A DNA stretch of 64,000 bases. Source: Vicugna vicugna. Lineage: Eukaryota. Positions 58,461 through 64,000 of this stretch are shown piece after piece. The position numbers were made by a program, and so were the translations under genes. The first letter of the stretch is position 1. The number at the start of each line of letters is the position of its first letter. The notes beneath the pieces are model-generated. The model did not search any database, was not told the origin of the DNA, and was given only the letters and a program-made list of their open reading frames with translations. The stretch is from assembly GCA_013265495.1 (NCBI GenBank), contig MU057865.1:248001-312000 (forward strand). Direction: 5' to 3'.

Positions 58461-59147
58461 TCTTGAATAGAAAAATTCAGTATTATAAGGGTGTCAATTT
58501 TCTATGTAATTTACATACATAATTCAATACAGTTTCCCAGCAAAATAACAATGAGCTTTTTTTTAAACTGAGGAAATATTAAAATTTATCTTATAAAAGA
58601 GAGAATATCAAGAGAAATTCTAAAAAGAACGCTAATAAGGATAACCATCCCTCTCTAAAATCAAAACATTAACAGCATCAAAAGCAGCAAGACTAGTTCA
58701 GAGACAATGGCAGCTAATATTTACTGAGCATTTATGAAGCTCATTACATGTCTTTAGCAATTTATCACGGTAAACTACTCTGTGAGGTCATACTACTATC
58801 TCACTCTTGAATAGAAAAATTCAGTATTATAAGGGTATCAATTTTCTATGTAATTTACATACGTAATTCAATACAGTTTCCCAGCAAAATAACAATGAGC
58901 TTTTTTTTAAACTGAGGAAATATTAAAATTTATCTTATAAAAGAGAGAATATCAAGAGAAATTCTAAAAAGAACGCTAATAAGGATAACCATCCCTCTCT
59001 AAAATCAAAACATTAACAGCATCAAAAGCAGCAAGACTAGTTCAGAGACAATGGCAGCTAATATTTACTGAGCATTTATGAAGCTCATTACATGTCTTTA
59101 GCAATTTATCACGGTAAACTACTCTGTGAGGTCATACTACTATCTCA
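58461..59147. repeat. Direct tandem duplication, period 344 bp, 2 copies, ~99% identical
   Basis: 58461-58803 recurs at 58805-59147; two internal mismatches seen. Confidence 0.97.
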
Positions 59148-59280
59148 TTTTACAGACAAAGAAACTGAGGCATAAAGAGATTAAATAACTTGCACCCAAA
59201 GGTCCACAGACACTAAGCAAAGGAGCCAGGTTTTAGACACAGATAAACTAGTTCTATAACCTGCATTCCTAACTGCCATC
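59055..59280 (-). mobile_element. MIR SINE; its first ~90 bp are duplicated at 58711-58803
   Basis: tactatctcattttacagacaaagaaactgaggcataaagagattaaataacttgc. Confidence 0.75.
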
Positions 59281-59759
59281 AGTTTTATTATAAAAACTGA
59301 TAAATTCAATGTAATTATTTAAGATCCACGAGCAGCAAGTACACAAGCAAATGGACAAACATATACTAGTTCAAAAGGATATGTCAAATAGGAAAAATAA
59401 TATTTGTAACGTGTCCCACACAAAGGGCTAATATCATTAATTTATAAAGGCCCCTTACACATTAACAAGAAAAATGACAACTCAAAAAAATGCAAAGAAT
59501 TGTATGGTATGCGAATTATACCTTAATTTTTTCAAAATGGGCAAAGGATATCAAAAGGCAATTCACAGAAACATAAACACAAATAGTAAAGAAAAATATC
59601 AAAAACCTGACCATCCTCATTCATATTCAGTGATGTCAACATTAATTTCAGAAGTCAACATTTTTCAGTTTCAAGATGTGCAAAAATTAAGAAGTCTGGT
59701 AACACTGAGATTACGGTCTTTACCATTTCACCTCAAAAGGAAGCACGGACTTCTTTCAG

Positions 59760-60120
59760 GGATTCCAGGTCTAGGGCAGAAAATCGCCCAATGAACCTGG
59801 AATAGCTTGTCCACCAGGAAGTGAAGAGGCTGCCAGTGATTACTGGAGGGCTGCACTGTCAAGGAAACGTGGGCTCAACTCGAAGGGGCTCCGATGGACC
59901 AAAAATGGGAGTTTTTGAGAATTATAAAGGATAAAAACAGTAATGGATTGACACGCTTAAACACAAAAAACCATCAGTCATCACCTTTGCCAGTTACCAA
60001 GGCACCAACTTATTCTTAAAATCATTAAAGGGGAAAAAAATTAAACATTCTTCTGCCTTTCCTATAGGAACTATATACCAAAGTAACTCAATACTTGATG
60101 AAACACCAAGTTTTTTAGAG
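59760..60120 (+). mobile_element. Old L1 (L1MC4/L1ME-type) 3'UTR fragment
   Basis: gattccaggtctagggcagaaaat...caactcgaaggggctcc...ttctgcctttcctataggaactatata. Confidence 0.55.
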
Positions 60121-60504
60121 AAAAATTCCAATTAATAAACTTAGAAAAAATAGAAGATCAACAGTTTTCTTAAGATGAAGAGTGGTTTCTCTGTCCCAAG
60201 AGAAAAGGGATAGAGAAAAAACACACTTCAGGACTATTGGTTTTGTTGATTTTTTTTTTAACAATAAACTTCTATTATCTGTAAATTTTAAAAAACAGGA
60301 ATGAACTTGTCTATTATCATCATTACCATCACTAGCACATTGGTCCTTTTTAATCCTGCTTTTTGTCCTTTCTGTCACTATTATGACAAAGAAGAAAACC
60401 TCCATAACAAAGCAGTTACAGTATATGCCAAATAGCCCTTTTTTCCCCTAAAAGTAAGGTTCTAGTTTCTAATGACTATTTCCTAAGAGAAATCACATTA
60501 CCAA

Positions 60505-60686
60505 GGGGGCGGGTATAGCTCAGCGGTGGAGCGCATGCCTAGCAAGCACAAGGTCCTGGGTTCAATCCCCAGTATCTCCATTATAAAAGACATAAATAAA
60601 ACCTAATTCCCTCCCCCTTCATAAAAAGTATACAGAGCTGTACGTCAATTACGTCTCAATAAAACTGGAAGGAAAAGCAAAAAAAA
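60505..60686 (+). mobile_element. tRNA-derived Vic-1-like SINE followed by an L1-like 3' terminus, within one TSD
   Basis: gggggcgggtatagctcagcggtggagcgcatgcc...ggttcaatccccagt; TSD agaaatcaca(t/c)taccaa at 60488 and 60687. Confidence 0.85.
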
Positions 60687-60933
60687 AGAAATCACACTAC
60701 CAATCATAAACAGTAGAGAAATATAAAGTGTGCTTCTTAATTAATCGATATGCATATCCCGAAGGAAATGTGTGTCAAGTTCAGTTTCAAGAATGACAGA
60801 AGCATATGTGAGACCAAACAGGTTTCATTTCCCAGCACATAAGAGAACCAGACTGGGCATAAAACTACTGAAGCCCTTCCAAAAAGAAACAGGCAGAAAG
60901 CTGCAACATTCGTACAGGAGAAGAGAATGCTTA

Positions 60934-61092
<159 letters not shown>

Positions 61093-61292
61093 TCAGAATA
61101 AACATACAGTTAAAGAGACAAAGTCAACATAAACAAGTACGTAACTTGTTTTTTTTTGTTTGTTTGTTTTAATTTAACAAACCATACAAGAAAGTTTGGC
61201 CACAGAAAATGTCTGAAAAGATAAAGTTCGTACTACAAAAAACAATGTGGCATTCACCTCAACTTTGCTCTAAGCAACTTCATTTTCAGATG

Positions 61293-61770
61293 CAGGCATA
61301 CCTCGTTTTGTTTCGCTTTACCTTACTGGACTTTGCAAATTCTGCGTTCTTTACAAATTGTGGCTCACGGCAACCCTGCATCTAACAGGACCAACAGCAC
61401 CATTTTTCCAACAGTATGGGCTTCTTTTGGGTCTCTGTGTCACATTTTGATAATTCGTGCAATATTTCAAACTTTCTCATTGTTACTGTATTTGCTACGG
61501 TGCTCTATTGTAAGTGATGTCTGATGTACTAATATAACTTGCTGAAGGCTCAGATGTAGTTAGGACTTTTTAGCAATAATGTAATTTTTTAATGAAGGTA
61601 TAAACATTGTGTTTTTAGACGTGATGCTACTGCCCAGTTAACAGACTATAGTACAGTGCAACATTATATGCACTGGAAAACCAAAAAAACTGTATGATGC
61701 ACTTTTTTGCAATATTTGCTTTACTGTGGCAATCTGGAAATGAACTTGCAGTGTCTCAGAGGCATGCCTA
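61293..61770 (+). mobile_element. Internally deleted Tigger1 MITE (Tigger1a-like), 478 bp
   Basis: Left TIR caggcatacctc, right end gaggcatgcct; Tigger1 5' sequence joined directly to the 3' sequence (cttgctgaaggctcagat). Confidence 0.85.
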
Positions 61771-64000
61771 CAAAACACATGGGAAATAAATTTTGAAAAA
61801 CACAGTTCAAGAAAAATAACACTGGTTGTTTTCTTAATCAAGAAACTCAGAAAATATCACTAAGACCCAAGGACATGAAAGTGGCTGATGAAACTCTTGG
61901 AAAACACTTAAACCTGCTAGAGCCACACTTGTTTTGAACCAAACTATGACTTTTCTGTACGCACTCTCCAGAACAGTTTTAAATTATGAAGAGGAAAAAA
62001 AAATCATAGTTACTTATCCTCAAAACCCTGCTGAGTGGAATTTGGCCCTATGATGCACAGCAGTATCCCAGAAAAGCAGAGAAGAACAACCAAAACCTTA
62101 AAGAGGTCAAAGAACACTATCCGCTAACTTCATAACATGCCCTGAACAGGCATGACGAGTTTTTAGGTGAGATTTCCGTCTCTCAAGTTACTGCATTAAC
62201 ACCAATAAGGCTAGCTATTAGTTTTTTTTAATGCTTTCAAAGCATGTTTGTATATATGATTTCACTAAAGGATGCTTGCTCTTTGTAATGACAACACACC
62301 TCTTTCTCTTTTTTTTTTTTTTACTGTCTTTTCACCTCTGTAAAATTTCTTCTGAATTCAACCTTCACACTGTATTTATCTGATCATTTCAACTCCCTTA
62401 AACAGCAGACAGCTTTTAAAATCCCAAAAGGAAACTATACAAACAGCACACAAAGTAATACCCAGCAGACACAGAGAATTGTTTCTTTGTTTACTCAAAA
62501 TTATTCTGTTTGCTCAAAATTATTCTCAGAGGGCATACCCCAGGCTAGGCCAAATACACCTGCATCAGTAAGGAATTAAACAGAATTTCCACAAATTTAA
62601 AGAACAGAACATTTACATCCACCATATAAATTCAAAGACCAACAGGAAAATCAGAGACGGTTATCAATTTAAAGGAGAATCTGAATGTCATTAAATCCTT
62701 TTCTTCAGTGAAGTTCTTAAAAAAATAAAACACGTGCTTTAAACGTGCCATTCTCCACTGGAGATAAGCTTGAGGAGCTAAATGAATTATTTAATTACTA
62801 TTCACACAGTGGACCAGACTGACAGGTAAATGCTAAGCAGTGTCACCTTATGCCAATGAACAAACCAAAGAGATTACTTAACCCAGACTAAAGTTAAAGA
62901 GAAAAGACAGTGATAATCAAAATGAGCTTTGAAAATACTCACCTCTATATTCTGTCCTTTGGGGACAATACATAAGAGTAAGCAATCTTTGCCTCAAACC
63001 CTCTGCCATCCAACACCAGGCCCCCACATCTCTTTAAATTAAAGCAACAGTAGTTCAAACTGTTTTACATACTTGCTACGTACGTATGGTTTTACATACA
63101 GTATATTTTACATACATACTTCTGTAGACTAGTTCTTAGAAATATAAATCTGCAGCTTAAAAATAGTGTGAAAACTGCCCAAGATATTCTAGAAATGAAG
63201 GAAAGATCTGGTCAGACATCAAAAGGCTGTGTATTTGGAATACCATTTTGTTCTCTGCCTTCCCCACGCCCCAACTCTTAGTTAGGCTTCAATTCACCTG
63301 GCAACTTTCAAGACATTCCAAGATTCTACAGCCTGATTTTGGAAGGTCTGATCTGTATCCCCACCCCCATACATCATTGTACTAATTCTCTACGCTGATT
63401 AATGCACTCCTAAACCCTAACTTTCTAATTTTTAAGTTAGATTAGATTGTTAGTCTGATGTCTAATGTCTCTCTCTAGAGCCATTTCAAATCCTTCGTGG
63501 GATTAATAGAATATAAATTTTTAAAAAATTTAAAGCACTTGCCTGCAGAATAATATTTACACATATAACTTAGAAATATGCAGCATTTCACACCTAAAGA
63601 TGAAAATTTTACCCTGAGTGTAGCTAAAGAAAGTACAGGTTTCCCTCACCACAAGCTCTCTTTTATAGGACAGGATAGGATAGAATAGATTCTGATGAAC
63701 TTGGATGAATTCCTCATTATTCAAACTCTCACAACTATCAGAAAGTCAGAAACCAGATTTACATAACTTGGAATCTCATACTACTCAAAAATATTTCTGA
63801 ACCAAGGAAATGCAAAAAATTTAGATAGCAAGAAATCCTTTTATGGTATAATTTATTTTCTGCACAGTGTACAGAATCTTCCTTTAAGTTAAGTCCTTAA
63901 GGGAAAAAGTGGCTGTGAAAGTTTGCTTTTATTTATTACAGGAATGTAATTTTTGTTTTTATGAACTGGTAAAAAATTTCACTCAAGTAGTAAGGAGCAG

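Noticed and set aside
60505..60580. Functional tRNA gene
   Set aside because: It has A and B boxes but also a SINE tail and a TSD, and a diverged sibling at 50908; this is a SINE
61293..61770. Tigger1 MITE as the displaced 5' end of the Tigger1 at 1864
   Set aside because: It has both of its own termini and repeats the 3' part also present in the long copy, so it is an independent insertion
62488..62526. 19-bp tandem duplication (a similar 18-bp one lies at ~15610)
   Set aside because: Ordinary slippage products with no functional context

Overview
Mammalian genomic DNA lying entirely inside PIK3C3 (VPS34, the class III PI3-kinase catalytic subunit) on the minus strand. Fourteen coding exons are present (human-numbered exons 3-16, about aa 86-613: C2 domain, linker, helical domain and start of the kinase region). 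All have GT-AG boundaries and join in one frame. The species is very probably a camelid, based on two tRNA-derived Vic-1-like SINEs. The introns hold a near-full-length decayed Tigger1, a Tigger1-derived MITE, MER58B/MER3/MER5/MER112-like hAT relics, a ~2.1 kb L1MC-type LINE, six TSD-flanked L1 3' ends, a 513-bp solo LTR, MER21 and MLT1 LTR relics, L2 and MIR. Most ORFs in the supplied track are chance ORFs or TE remnants. I found no convincing undescribed biological system. The best leads are a near-perfect 344-bp tandem duplication, a SINE-L1 chimera within one TSD, two divergent CTCF sites with upstream modules, a candidate poison exon in intron 4, enhancer-like motif clusters, and substitutions in or beside VPS34 regulatory motifs. 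Comparisons with human VPS34 and with repeat consensus sequences are from memory, not database searches.
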